Of a stretch of DNA of 64,000 nucleotides, positions 38,809-52,509 are shown piece by piece. The number at the start of each line of letters is the position of its first letter. Position 1 is the stretch's first letter. This DNA comes from Octopus vulgaris. Lineage: Eukaryota. The translations under genes and the position numbers were made by a program. The stretch covers positions 28,086,001 to 28,150,000 of the forward strand of contig OX597817.1 in NCBI GenBank assembly GCA_951406725.2. Reading direction: 5' to 3'. The notes below the pieces were generated by a model. The model worked only from the letters and a program-made list of their open reading frames with translations, ran no database searches and had not been told where the DNA came from.

Positions 38809-41800
38809 CAGATACTAAATAAGCTTTAACCACTAAATCACTGCTGACGAACGGTTTCTATCATCAATGGAAAACTGGTCAAAAGTTCAATGACAGAAAA
38901 TTTAATGAAGAGCTGATTGGCAATCAATAATAATCCATGGAGAATTTTAATGTCAGTAGAGGTGACGCATAGACAATTATATTGACATCAAAACATAACT
39001 GGTACTACTCTGGAGAAGTGAAAAATCAATGGCGATCCTGGAGTAGTTTCAATTTAGACTGTAGAGATCAAAGTAAATCTCATTGGATGATTAGATACAG
39101 CTGAGATAAAGGAATTCTTGAAAAGACTCATTTTTAAATAAATTTTGTCATTCTTGTATATTTACAGAGAATTATTCTCTCAAACTAAGCTGACATGGTA
39201 TCTATCATCCTAATGTCACACTTCATGTCTCGGTATCACTTTCATAACTTTAAATCGATTTTTACGTTTTGTCTCGACTTTCTCTCATAATGAATAAAAA
39301 CGGAGTTACGAGCGATCTATGAACTCATTCACTTAACAGTACGCCAGTTATATGCTTTAAGCAAAATCATATTGCGCTTCCGCATCGAAGTTCCTATATA
39401 TATGAAGAATGCAAAAATGTTCCTACATGTATACATACATACATGTATAGACATACATTTGTTGATATGTATATGTGGTTGTTTGTGTGCATATGTATGA
39501 GTGTTGTTGACTATGAGTATATCTTTCTATTGTTATATGTTAAATGATATTGTCAAATAATCTGAACCTTGGTTTTCTTAATACCTGAACAATACTTAAG
39601 GCCTTCTTTCCCAAAGAGATAAATGTATATATAGCTAGTGATATTGAACGATTCTTTAAAATGTGTTTTGGTCCGTAAAGTGTGCTATAGATCTCGCTTC
39701 TACGCAATTTGTTTTATATATATATATATAAAATAATAAAATGTGAAAAGCACTCTTTGAGCAGATATTTCATGTTGATGTTGGTGTTTCTCACAAGTCG
39801 TTTGCTATATTCTGATACTTAAATCATTTCGTCCGTAACTAAAGGATGCTCCAATTAAACCGCATCACTGATTTTCTGTAGATCTAAATTCACCATATTT
39901 CATGATAGACCAAGCAAACATGCTTCTAACACACACATCCCTTACACCACCTGTTATCTTGCTACAAATCCCACCGTGGAGTCAAGCTAAGAAGCTTGAA
40001 AGAAAATGCCTATCCACAGCAATCTGATCACAATAAACTGTCATGAGCTATAATTACGTTAATTCTACCATATAATAGCCTCTCTGAAATCGGTCATTCG
40101 ACACAGATAATCATAAATAGCGCTTGTTGAAATTGTCCTCTACTGCTTCTCTGTCAATTCAAATGTCCTGTTTAGTTTGTGCTTTCCTTTCTGTTGTGAT
40201 ATATCGACCAGCCATGCCTCAATATCAACATCGTGTAACATTGGTAGGAGTTGAATATAATAAAATGAAGTATTTTTGACTACATACAATTAGCTCTAGC
40301 GTCTAATCGATGAAACATTAATTGAACAAGAAAGGCTTAACATAATGATATTAAGTTCTATAAGGTTATTTCTTCGTAAATGTGCTAATCTATCAGATTT
40401 ACGGTTAAAGCTTTCAAATCCAAGCAACATCAAAACCTGTTTTCGGCACTATCACTTTTAAATACCTACCTTCAAGATTCCTGTGATTTCCTGTTTATTT
40501 AATGCCATTCTATTTCATTTTAACGCATTCACAATACGATCTTAAAATATAATAGCTATGTGCAATTGCCATTGTAAGTTATGTACAAACGCTATTCTAA
40601 GTGATGCCAGCAGCGCGCTGAATTTAGAAAAGTTAACTCAATGGCGGCAGGATTAACAGTTACACCAGGTATTATGCAGTAGATATTGTGAACGCAGCTA
40701 CTTGCTGAGAAACTTCAAAGCATTAACACTTCGAAAGCAGGAGTTTTTAACAATCCATGAATAGAAACAAGTAGAAGCCCCGGGAACCTTCACGCTTCAA
40801 AGACAGTTTCGGATTGTGTCATTATGTTTGAAGAGAACTGGTGCTGATTGCTGAATCATCTACTCGTATGCGATGAAAGCATCATCGCACTCAAAATAAG
40901 TGAGTGAAATGTGTTGTCTTTTGGTTCACTTTCAATCAGACATAACTAAAATCAAATTGTTGTAACGAAGTTACAATCTGATCACTTTTCAGTATCTGTA
41001 ACATTACGTAAATAAAAATAAAAAGACATGAAAAAGTTTGTCCATTTTTTAATGGTTATTTTACGCACTACCTATTTTTCTGGTAGTGGAAATATATAAC
41101 GCCTACATAAATGGTAACGACGTTTATGCCAGCCGCAGTTATAACAATAACAGTTAGACAACAAATCTAATCTATAAATTGAAGAAGTGGAACGTTGATA
41201 CAAATTGGATTTTTATGTAAAAAGGGGTCTAAATGGGGCTGGAAGAGGATTAAAATTTATAGGAGTGGGTAACTTGAGGTGAGGAATTGATTGGGAGACG
41301 TTTTGGGACGCTACAGTGGTTGCTTTGGTGAGTCTACTATCCTGAGATTCTATCTCTTCAAACTTTGGTTTCCAATATTTTTTTATATTTTTATTCAGCT
41401 CGCAAGTTCGTCTGTCCCTTTTAAATGTTAGTGTTTTGCTTTCTGCCTTGAAGCAGACCTTTCCGTTGTCACTGCCTGATATTTATAATTGATCTTTCGA
41501 AATATTTTTTTCTCAACTTACTCAAAATCTTTTGCTTTTTATAAATGGGAGATTGATAGAGAGAGTAAGAGAAAGCGAGGAAGTGTCCGAGAGAAAGGAA
41601 GAGTAAGAGAGTGGGAAAGTGAGAAAGAAAGGAGCGAGAAACAAAGAGGAAGAATGTAGCAATAAGAAACAGAAAGTAACAACCTCACCCGCGCGTAGAA
41701 CAGGTCACCTTAAGCTAGTTTATGAATACAAACGTTCATCGAGACGAACAACACTAGTAATTGATAATAATAGAAGGTACCAGACAGAGCTTCTACTTAT

Positions 41801-41889
41801 ATGTTGTAGCATCTCTGAAATGCTTCCACTTACGACTTATGTCATATATTACGATTTATAAAAGAACAAACTCATTCAAATAGCCTATA

Positions 41890-43172
41890 TACGAGGGATG
41901 CCCCCAAAGAGACGGGAATTTTGCAATATTATTTGTTCACTTAGTTTTACATGTTTATGCTTTTACCACCTTCAAAGAATTCTCCATTTGAAGCAATGCA
42001 TTGTTCCAGATGAATTTTCCACAGTTTGAAGCAGTTCGGGAACTCTTACGAAGTGATGTCTTTTAACGCTTCCGTGTTTTTTTTTTGTTTTTTTTTGGGG
42101 GGGGGGGGGTCAGTTCTTCCACATCGGCAAAACGTTTTTCTTTAAGGACATTTTTTCATTCGGGAGAACAAAAAAATCACAGGGAGCAAGATCGGACGAA
42201 GAGGGAGGGTGATTAAGCAGGGTCGTGCCATTTTTGGTTCAAAAACTGTCTCACACGCAAGGCGATGTGCTCAGGTGCATTCTCGTGATGAAACCACCAC
42301 TCTCCGCTTTGTCCCTGATCAGGACGTTTCGAGTCACCGCGTCTAGCAAATGCTTCAGAACTACCAAGAAAAATTTCTGGTTAACAGTTTGACCAAGAGA
42401 AATGAATTCTGCGTGGACAATTCTTTTCGCTTGGATAAAACAAACAAGCATCGTCTTCACATTGAACTTTTGGAGGGGCGTGGGGACATCGAATGCTTCC
42501 ATTGATTGCTTCTTTGTTTCCTGGTCGTAGCCGTAGCAGCAGCTTTCATCCCCAGTGAGGACCTTCGGAAAAAGGTTCGGATCAATTTTCAACTGCTCTT
42601 TTAGTTCACGACACGCATTCAATCGTACCTGCTTTTGATCTTCCGTGAGCTGACGAAGCATAAATTTTGCTGCAACTCTTTTTTATTCGCAATTCCTTGC
42701 TCAAAATTCGTTGGCAGACTCCAGGACACACCCGCCATGTCAATAAGTTCATCAATTGTTCAGCGACGATCCGCTAAGATCAGTTCATGAATTCTCGTGA
42801 TGTTTCATTCGTCCAGGAAGTCAACGGTCACCCTGAACGAAGGAGCATTCCTGAAGCGTGGAAGCCACTCGAAAACTTGTGACCTTGCTCATAGCAGCGT
42901 CTTTGTAAGCTGTTTGAAGCATAGCAACTGTTTCGATCGCCGTTTTCCTCAGCAGAAAACAGAATTTCACGGAAGCACGCTGTTCCTTCGTTTCTGCCAT
43001 CGCAAAAATCGACGAAGAGTCGGGGGAAGCACTGCAAAGAAAAGATACACCACGTGGTAGGACGACGCCGGGCGGCAGATCGACGCATCAAGTGGCTTCT
43101 AGCAGCGGAAGCCTGAACTACAACAGGCTTGTCCCATAAAGAACGTTTCCATTTATTTTGGGGTACCCCATT
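41890..43172 (-). mobile_element. Decayed full-length mariner transposon
   Basis: Ends TACGAGGGATGCCCCCAAAGAGACGGGAA and TTTCCATTTATTTTGGGGTACCCC form imperfect TIRs. About 1.28 kb. Confidence 0.85.
41955..43000 (-). pseudogene. Mariner transposase pseudogene
   Basis: MAETKEQRASVKFCFLLRKTA.., RQLTEDQKQVRL, VLTGDESCCYGYDQETKKQS, GQTVNQKF, ..CIASNGEFFEG. Frameshifts and stops. Confidence 0.9.
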
Positions 43173-43749
43173 ATAAAGATGCGAAAGTGTTGGGGTACTT
43201 CAATATGCTGCAGCCTTGAATTAGACTATCTGATATCAACTTCAGATATGGCAACAATGTGACTATTCAAACTCTTAAAATGTACACGCGAATGATAGTC
43301 ACATTACATTTACACTGCATAAACCTGATAAGTCAATGAAACTTAATAGCAAATCAAATGAACTACAGCAACTGTCACAATACACTAAGTTACCTCATGA
43401 CCCTCAGCATGATATCTACAGTCAACACAGTGGAACCAAATTAACTTCAGTAATTATCATCATTATCACCATCACCACAAACTTATAAATGTGAACTTAT
43501 TGAGATGTTTCAGGAAGCTACGATTTCCATCTATTAATTCCACAATTACTACACGCTGGAAGTGATTGATAATAATGTTATTAGTAATATTAACTATGTT
43601 AAAACTAATGCTACTGTTACTCCTGCTGCAATAACTTCTAATTGCTTTTGTTATTTTTATGTTTGTTTTTATTTTAGCTTTGGCCACAGAGAGCGACCGG
43701 CTTCTGGCTTTCGTAGACCCTCCGAGTCCATTATAATGAACGTTGTTAA

Positions 43750-43981
43750 GGCGGCGAGCTGGCAGAAACGTTAGCACGCCGGACGAAAATGCGTAGCCGT
43801 ATTTCGTCTGCCGTTACGTTCTGAGTTCTAATTCCGCCGAGGTCGACTTCGCCTTTCATCCTTTCGAGGTCGATTAAATAAGTACCAGTCACGCACTGGG
43901 GTTGATATAATCGATTTGATCCGTTTGTCTGTCCTTGTTTGTCCGCTCTATGTTTAGCCCCTTGTACGCAGCAAAGAAATA
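43750..43981 (+). mobile_element. SINE family B, full monomer
   Basis: 18-bp TSD TATAATGAACGTTGTTAA at 43732 and 43982. Confidence 0.92.
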
Positions 43982-45623
43982 TATAATGAACGTTGTTAAC
44001 GTTCCTTTTAAAAAGTTGTAAAACGATAGCTGGGAAGAAATATATGTACAGAGAAGGAATTCCATTAAACTGATGCTCTGGAGATTAATTTTTCCGTCAC
44101 TGTTTCTAATTCTGTTATTATATGACCATTAAATAAAGAAAATCTCATTATGTGTACCAACCTGGTCTACCTGGTCACTCGATTTTGCTGATTTCCCTCA
44201 AACTCCACGCTAACGTCATAGTGAGAACGAACAGAGTGTAAAGTATAGTTCTAGATACACAAACGGACCCGATGGTCACGTCTGGAATGTCTTTGGCCTT
44301 ATGATTATTCAGTTACAGATGTCTTGGGACTAAAGAACAGTAATAACTAGTAACGTTTATGACCTTGTTACAAGTAGTGGTAGTGGTGGTAGTAGTAGTG
44401 GTGGTGGTGGTGGTGGTGGTGGTGGTGGTAGTAGTACTGCTGCTGCTGCTGATAATACCAGCTTGTGAACATGGTGATTTCTCTAACGTATTATCAGAGA
44501 ATGAACCTCTCCACACACTCTTTGGTTACCGAACAATATAAACTGGTTCCTCAGAATCTGCCTGTCGATTGTTATTTATCAGTTCTGATTTCAAATCATG
44601 TCAATATTAATGCCGTTTGCCTTTTATTCCTCAAATTCGATCCACAGCAATTTTCACTTAAATAAGTGCTTACTATCTTTGAAAATTAACTGGTCTGGTT
44701 TAGGTTGATATGTGGAAGATACTTTTACTGCATTCTCGCAATTACTTACTTTAACAGATGAGTGCCTTCACTGGATCTCGATCCTCTCCTCTTGCAATTA
44801 TGGGGATATTTGTATTTGTAGTGAGCAAGATATAGGAAATTATGCTATTTAAACTTTTTAATTGTTTAAGTTTTTTTAATTCTTAAATATTTTTTGTTCT
44901 TAGGTTTGAAGTCTTCTCAGATTTATAATTAATGCTATACCGGAGAATAGAAATAACTTCGTTAGTTTGATGTAGTTAATGTTCACGTTCACCTTTTATA
45001 AAAAAAGATTCAGAAAATATAGTTAGCGGTGAGGTAGATAAATTAGTGGTGAAATGGTCTAAGGGGTGAGGTGCTATGAGTGTAGCAAGAAAGTGTGTGA
45101 TAATGCGTTGAATTGATTTAGTTGGTAATGATATAGTTAGAAATCGATGTAATAATTATACCGATTGATTTGTTTTTCCCTTCCGGCAATGGCGGAACAG
45201 AGCTTCCCTGCTTTATTTTTTGCCATTACTTTTCTAACTTCGCATTACGCATATGGAAATGAAAGCCAAGTATCATGTATTATTTTTACAGTATCAGTTG
45301 GAAATAAAATAAGTACAAAATTAATCTACACATTATTTAAGGATTTTGTTTATTTACTCAATTGCTTATGTATTCGATTTTTAAAGAATATCCTCAGCAC
45401 ATCAATACCGAATATATTCTAAGAGAAAAATATATTTGTATTAACAGTGCGTTCAGTTAAAAATTAAGTCATTCAGTGTTGTTGTAAATTTTGAAGAGAT
45501 GGACTTAGCACATATCAATAATGACCAAAAGCTTGTCAAATACTACGTTTACGTATCATGCCCGCCGTTTTCCTTGTACGGTTTATTGAGTATATATTGG
45601 ACAGTATTATATATAACAGATGT

Positions 45624-45956
45624 AATAAAGATAAACGTCGCCCTTTTCAAGCCGAGCCAGGCTCATGGGCCCGGTTTCCCGGTTTCTGTGACGTATGTGT
45701 TCCCTCCAGCTGGACGGGACGCCAGTCCATCGCAGCGTTACTCAAGAAACAGGAAGAGAGAGTGAGAGAAAGTTGTGGCGAAAGAGTACAACAGGGGTCG
45801 CCACCCACCCACCCCTGCCGGAGTCTCGTGGAGCTTTTAGGTGTTTTTGCTCAATAAACACACACACACACACACAACGCCCGGTCTGGGAATCGAAACC
45901 GCGATCTTCCAACCGCGAGTTCGCTGCCCTAACCACTGGGCCATTGCGCCTCCACT
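45624..45956 (-). mobile_element. SINE family C
   Basis: TSD TAACAGATGT at 45614 and 45957. Confidence 0.92.
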
Positions 45957-46744
45957 TAACAGATGTTGTACCATTGCAAAAGTTTCACATAACTTTTGAT
46001 TCGTACCTCTTCAGTTCTTCAGTGCAAAATAAACCAAGCCTCCTTTTCATACTAAAAGCTCCAGCTCTTCCATTTCGAATTCAAGATATATATATGATAA
46101 CTTTTAGAGACATATGATTGATTCTCTCTGATAAAAGTTCAATACAGGGAAGGAAGAAATAAACAAACTTTATGTCTTTCATTTGTTATATTTTCTTTTG
46201 TTTCTATCGTTGTTTTATTATATTCATTTTTTTTTTACTTCCGATATTGCTGTGTTCTCGAAAAAGAGTCATTTTGATGAAAATTACATGAAAATATATA
46301 ATGCTTTTATTTGTTTCATTTCTTTTCTCTCAACAATATTTATTGTTTTCCTTTGTTTGTTGTTGATGTTATTGTTGTTGTTTTATTCACCTCTCGTGTC
46401 GAAAGTAACAAAAGAAACAAATTTATTGCAACCAAAACAATTAGATAAAGAAACAACGATTAAACGAACGTGGATAAAAAAATATACATAAGGAAGAGAA
46501 GAAAAAAAAACTGTATTTGATAATTATAACATATATGCGTGTATATGTGTGTTTCGGTGTTTATCTGTTTGCAGGATTTACAGATGTGAGAGAGAACGCA
46601 GAGAAGCGCGAGCGTTTGTGTCAGTTTGCGTGGCGTGGGGGGGGGCGTGCATGTGTACGTCTGTGTCTGTGCAGCTGCTATTTAGGTTTCGTGTGCGTTT
46701 ATGGGTGTGACCGTTTGTGTGTGTTTGTGCGATGTGTGCGCGTG

Positions 46745-47182
46745 AACATGTGTATATATATATATATTTATGTTTGTGTGTATATGTGTGTGTGTGTGTG
46801 GGTATATATGTGTGTGCGTGTATATATGTGTGTGTGTATATATGTGTGTGTATGTGTGTGTATATGTATCTGTATATGTGTGTGTGTATATGTGTGTGTA
46901 TATGTGTGTGTATGTGTGTGTATATGTGTGTGTATGCGTATATATGTGTGTGTATATATATATTACATATATACACGTATATATCTATACATATATGTGT
47001 ATATACACACATATATATATGCATATATATGTATAAATACATATGCATTACATATATATATGTATATATACATATATATATTACATATGTATATTTATAT
47101 ATATATCCATATATATATTACATATGTATATATACATTTCTATATATATGCATATATATGTGTGTATATATATATATATTAC

Positions 47183-47217
<35 letters not shown>

Positions 47218-47240
47218 AGTATGTATGTATGTATGTAATA
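46745..47240. repeat. TG/TA low-complexity microsatellite field
   Basis: Direct reading. Confidence 0.95.
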
Positions 47241-47589
47241 TTTATATCTATATTAATGAGAAAAAAATATTAAAATACGGAAGAGAACAAAAACCAAAAT
47301 AAAATTGGGAAAGGAACACAAGGTTAAATTTGGAAAAAGTAGGGCATAAGTAAAGTAGTGCTAGAGAAAAATTGTGGTAAAAAAAAAAAGAAGAGGAAAT
47401 AAGAGACAGCAAGATCGAAAGATAAGCAGGATGAGAAATGGAAAATTTTTCATGAAAATATTATTGATATTTTCCCTTTTGGACTTCTGCTTGTACGCAG
47501 TGAATAGTAGCACTGGAAATATCATTCACAATAACAGGGTATTATAGAAATATGCACGTGTGATTGCAGTAAATGTTATTAAGAATAGT

Positions 47590-47803
47590 CACTGTTGTTT
47601 TTGTTACTATATCTATTATTATTATTATTATTATTATTATCATGGTTGTTGCTGTTGCTGTTATTATTATTATTATTATTATTATTGTTGTTGTTGTTGT
47701 TATTAATTATTTTTATTATTATTATTGTTGTTGTTATTATTATAAATATTTTTATATTTATTATTATTATTGTTGTTGTTGTTGATTTTGTTGTTCTTGT
47801 TAC

Positions 47804-47851
<48 letters not shown>

Positions 47852-48048
47852 CGTTGTTGTTGCTGTTGCTGTTATTATTATTATTATTATTATTATTGTT
47901 GTTGTTGTTATTATTAATTATAATTATTATTGTTGTTGTTGTTATTATTAATTATTTTTATTATTATTATTGTTGTTGTTATTATTATTAATATTTTTAT
48001 ATTTATTATTATTATTGTTGTTGTTGTTGATTTTGTTGTTCTTGTTAC

Positions 48049-48090
<42 letters not shown>

Positions 48091-48463
48091 CGTTGTTGTT
48101 GCTGTTGCTGTTATTATTATTATTATTATTGTTGTTGTTGTTGTTATTATTAATTATTATTATTATTATTATTGCTGTTGTTGTTATTATTAATTATTAT
48201 TGTTATTGTTGTTGTTATTATTAATTATTATTATTATTATTATTGCTGTTGTTGTTATTATTAATTATTATTATTATTGTTGTTGTTGTTATTATTAATT
48301 ATTATTATTATTATTGCTGTTGTTGTTATTATTATTATTATTATTATTGTTGTTGTTGTTATTATTAATTATTTTTATTATTATTATTGTTGTTGTTATT
48401 ATTATTAATATTTTTATATTTATTATTATTGTTGTTGTTGTTGATTTTGTTGTTCTTGTTACA

Positions 48464-48512
<49 letters not shown>
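47590..48512. repeat. Compound (TTA)n/(TTG)n array with higher-order duplications
   Basis: Landmarks AATATTTTTATATTTA and GATTTTGTTGTTCTTGTTAC each recur three times. Confidence 0.95.
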
Positions 48513-48526
48513 GCGCACTGAACAAC

Positions 48527-48645
48527 ATGCGTAGCGGTATTTCGTCCGTCTTCACGTTCTGGTTTCAAATTCCGCCGAGGTCGACTTCACCTTTTATCCT
48601 TTCTGGGTCGAGGAAATAATTACAAGTTGAGTACTGGGGTCGATT
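48527..48645 (+). mobile_element. SINE family B internal fragment
   Basis: ATGCGTAGCGGTATTTCGTCC..AAATTCCGCCGAGGTCGAC..CTGGGGTCGAT. Confidence 0.8.
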
Positions 48646-48664
48646 ATTATGATTATTTTTTTTT

Positions 48665-49215
48665 AAAGTTTTGTTGGAACTCCTAGAGTTTTGCATGCAT
48701 AACGGGCTTGTTGTCTACAGGCTACGGTTCCGTGTTATCTAGCATTTTTCAACTATCTAATGCTTTCCTGATTATTCTGGTCGAGCCAAGGAGGCAAAAC
48801 TTTGGTAGCAGTTCTACTGGGGACTCTATTCCAATTTCCTTTATATTCTTTTTGATGCCTTCTGATACTGTCCCCAAGGACGCGACAATTATCGGCACTG
48901 CCTTTACCTTCATTTTCCATAGCCGGGCTATTTAGTACGTAAGAGGTTGTATTTATCTACTTTTTCGCCTTCCTTCTTGACTATTCGTTAGTCTAAGGGG
49001 CACGCAACATCAACTATATATATTACATATGGTACCTCTTGTCAACCACGACTAAGTCCGGTGTTTTATGTCCTAGCACCTGATCTGCTTGGATTGAGAA
49101 ATCCCAGAGGATTTTGCAAGTCTCCCACTTCGCCACTCTCTGCGGTTTATGTTCCTACCACGTCTTGCTTCTCTCTGTAGCCCTCACTTTTCGTGCAATT
49201 TCCAATGTAGCACGT
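48665..49215 (-). mobile_element. R4/Dong-like LINE 3' fragment (RLE domain)
   Basis: Minus strand CKILWDFSIQADQVLGHKTPDLVVVDK..IVDVACP..KKEGEKVDKY..VPIIVASLG..LLGSTRIIRKAL. Confidence 0.85.
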
Positions 49216-49243
49216 TATCATTACTATTATTATTATTATTCTA

Positions 49244-49586
49244 TGAAGGCGCATGACTCAGTGGTTAGAGCTTCGAGCTTACGATCGTGAGGTTGTGAGC
49301 TCGAATCCCGGACCGGGCTGCGTGTTGTGTTCTTGAGCAAGGCACTTTATTTCACGTTGCTCCAGTTCACTCAGCTGTAGAAATGAGTTGCAACGTCACA
49401 GGTGCCAAGCTGTATCGACCTTTGTCTTTCCCTTGGATAACACTGGTGGCGTGGAGAGGGGAGGCTGGTATGCATGGGCAACTGCTGGTCTTCCATAAAC
49501 AACCTTGCCCGGACTTGTGTCTAGGAGGGTAACTTTCTAGGTGCAATCCCATGGTCATTCATGACCGAAGGGGGTCTTTACCCTTT
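49244..49586 (+). mobile_element. tRNA-derived SINE family D, inserted in (TTA)n
   Basis: GGCGCATGACTCAGTGGTTAGAGC..CGAATCCC, then TTCTTGAGCAAGGCACTTTATTTCAC. Partial copy at 62820-63000 (-). Confidence 0.88.
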
Positions 49587-49604
49587 ATTATTATTATTAT
49601 TAAC

Positions 49605-49790
49605 TCAGGTTTAGTTAGAACTCTTTCAGTCTTGCATGCATTGCGCGCTTGCAACCTGTAGCTATCTGTTATTTTGAACTATCTCATACTTTCCTGGTGA
49701 GTTTGGCCGTGCCAGGGAGGAAAGCTGAGTTTTAACAGTTCTCCTGGGCACTCTACTTCGATTCCCTTTATACTCCTCTTGATTCCTTCT
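49605..49790 (-). mobile_element. Second, older R4/Dong-like 3' terminus
   Basis: GIEVECPGELL..GTAKLTRKV plus a 3' UTR resembling 48665-48730. Abuts (TTA)n. Confidence 0.6.
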
Positions 49791-52159
49791 CATATTGTCT
49801 CCGAGGATTCAGCAATAGCTGGCTGTGCCAATCTGACACTTTCTTCAACTTCTTCATTTTCCATAGTCGAGCTATCTCGGAGTTAAGAAAGTTTATTGGG
49901 GCCTCTTTGTTCCTTTTATCTGACCATATAACAGTTGTGTATATGTATATATATTTATGTATTCATATGTGTGTGTGTGTGTTTGTGTGTGTTTGACTAT
50001 GTGTGTGTGAGTATGTGTGTGTTTGACTACGTGTGTGTGAGTATGTGTGTGCGTGTGAGTCTGTGCGTGTGTCTGTATTATGTCTGTGTGTGTGTCTCTG
50101 TGTGTTTGTGTGTGTGTCTGCGTGTGTTAGACTTTTTGTGTGTGTGTTTGTGCGTGTGTGTCTGTGTATGTATACGTGTCTGACTGTATGTGTTTGTATG
50201 TGTGTGTGTGTGTCTGTGCGTGTGCGTGCGTTTGCGTGCGTACATTACATACGTACATGGATAAACATGAATGCCCACGCGCGGGCAAGAGCGTGGGCGA
50301 AGGCGCACTCACAACATAACCACCTTTTTTTTTTTAAATAAGATGAAATTAGAAACTTTAAGAAAGCTGTGGATTCAAAAAAAACTGTGTAAGGTGCAAT
50401 GTTTTCTGTTTTTATATTCTTTTGTCTCTTTTTACTTATGTTTATGTATGGTTTCCTTAAACCTACCATTTAAGACATTATTGTAAGGTATCTCACTGGA
50501 TAATTGCCATCATTTGTTCAATTTATTTAAGTGAATTTGAACTACTAACATCTCTTCTATGAAGATTTTATGAATACCTTGGCCGATTTTATTATTCAAT
50601 GACAATAAAGGAACAATACCACAACTGGACGCTATTATTACTCCGGGCCATACTTACGTAAACTTGTGACACATTAAGAATAATGAAAAAATCATCTTTC
50701 TCGAGTACAACAGGCACCTATTCATTTCTTCCTCGATAATTTATATTACATACGTAATAAAAATGCATGCTGTCAGGTATGTATACGTGAGAGAGAATAA
50801 GAAAGAGGGTGAGAGAAAGATCAGTAATTAAAGCTTGTAAACCGATATCGTTGTAACCTTCTGCTGGTATTCATGTGTTCTTAGATACACTGAAGATTAC
50901 ACACTTCTCTGTGTGTGGTTAGATTTATGAGGCCTTAGGTATGATTTTGAAGTCTAATTATGATTTGGACGTCTTTAGACAGGGAAAAGTAAGCGTATAT
51001 ACGTGTATGTGTGTGTACAAATGTATGTGTGAATGTTCTATATCTGAATGTATGTATACATATGTGTGTGTACATATATTTATACATATAGACATAGACA
51101 TAAACATATGTGCTTATGTATATACATATACATACATATATGTGCATATATATATATACATATATGTGCATATATGTGTATATATGCGTATAGGCGTGTG
51201 TGCGTATATATGTATGTATATATTCATATATATATATCACAATCTACACACTGGCAAGAGTTACTCCATCTTTGCTTTATTGCTAATAAATCTCTCACAC
51301 ACAATTATGTATGTAAATATGTGTATATGTGTATGCATGGATGGATGAATGAATGTATGTACAGAGAGATGATTCTCGCGCAATAGCCCTACCTTAGACA
51401 TAGTGTATATAGATGCGATGTTGAATTTTGTATACGGCATTAAGATTGCACCAATGCCTTGAATTTGCTTTGATAGAGTGTAACTTTTCTTTTTTATTCT
51501 CATTATAGAAACTCTTCAGGAAAAGTATGAAATAAACCGTTACTCTAAATTTCTTTAAAGTTTGAAAATATTTATTTGACATATAGCCTTTCAGTTTTTA
51601 TTTAGTAATTATTATTTTCTGGTATTTTTTTTTCACGCTGTATTATAATTTAACGATTTCTGATTTGATACGCAATCTTTAGTTAAAAAATTTTTTTTTA
51701 TATTTTTATGTTCTGCGTTAATGGTACTAAATAGTATTGCCTGCTTAAGTAGTTTCTCTCCTTATTTATAGCAAAAAACCTAAAATGTTTGATTTTTACA
51801 TCAATCTAAAATCACAAGGATCTGATCAAAAAATTTTTTTGAACTTTTGACAATCACTTACTTTACGTCTCTAAAACTTTAGCGATGATTAACGAATGTT
51901 TTTTTTAATTATTTGATAAGCATGGCTTCCTATGTTCGTTACGCATTTAGCACAAATGATGTAACCTCAACTAATGGAAACCAATATTGCGAAGCTATCA
52001 TACCCTTTTCTGTTAACTTTTGCATATGCTCAGTACAATAGGTCAGAAGTCGAAGCAACAGCATTTCTCTATTACATTAATGTATATATGTGGAGGTGTA
52101 CAGATATGTAAACCACAATAGGCTACATGTTAAGTATTGCATTAAAGGAAACTCTAGAG

Positions 52160-52509
52160 CAGTGGTTCGCAAACGAAGTCAATATGGCCCCTGGGGATTC
52201 ATATAAGATTTTGTGGGGTCCACACGACAAAATGATAAATTGGGGACACATAAAAGTATTTTAAGGGCCCCTGAAAAAAATTTGCTTTAGATGTATGTAT
52301 TAATATTTATTGGAAGAAACAGCTAGGTTTCTTTCTCTAGCATTTTTACATTTTTCAACGTACACAAGTTAATGTGTGAATGACAAAATAGGAATTTTGA
52401 AAGCAGTTTCTTTAAAATTAGTTTTTAAACATCGAATGGCTATGGTGGTCCACCAGAATAACATAATAATCAAAGGGGTCCATAGATAAAAAATGATTGG
52501 GAAACCCTG
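52160..52509. mobile_element. hAT (Charlie-like) MITE
   Basis: TIRs CAGTGGTTCGCAAAC and GATTGGGAAACCCTG. 8-bp TSD CTCTAGAG/CTCTATAG. Confidence 0.88.

Noticed and set aside
50885-50930. CTGAAGA followed by a hairpin
   Set aside because: GAAA box is absent.
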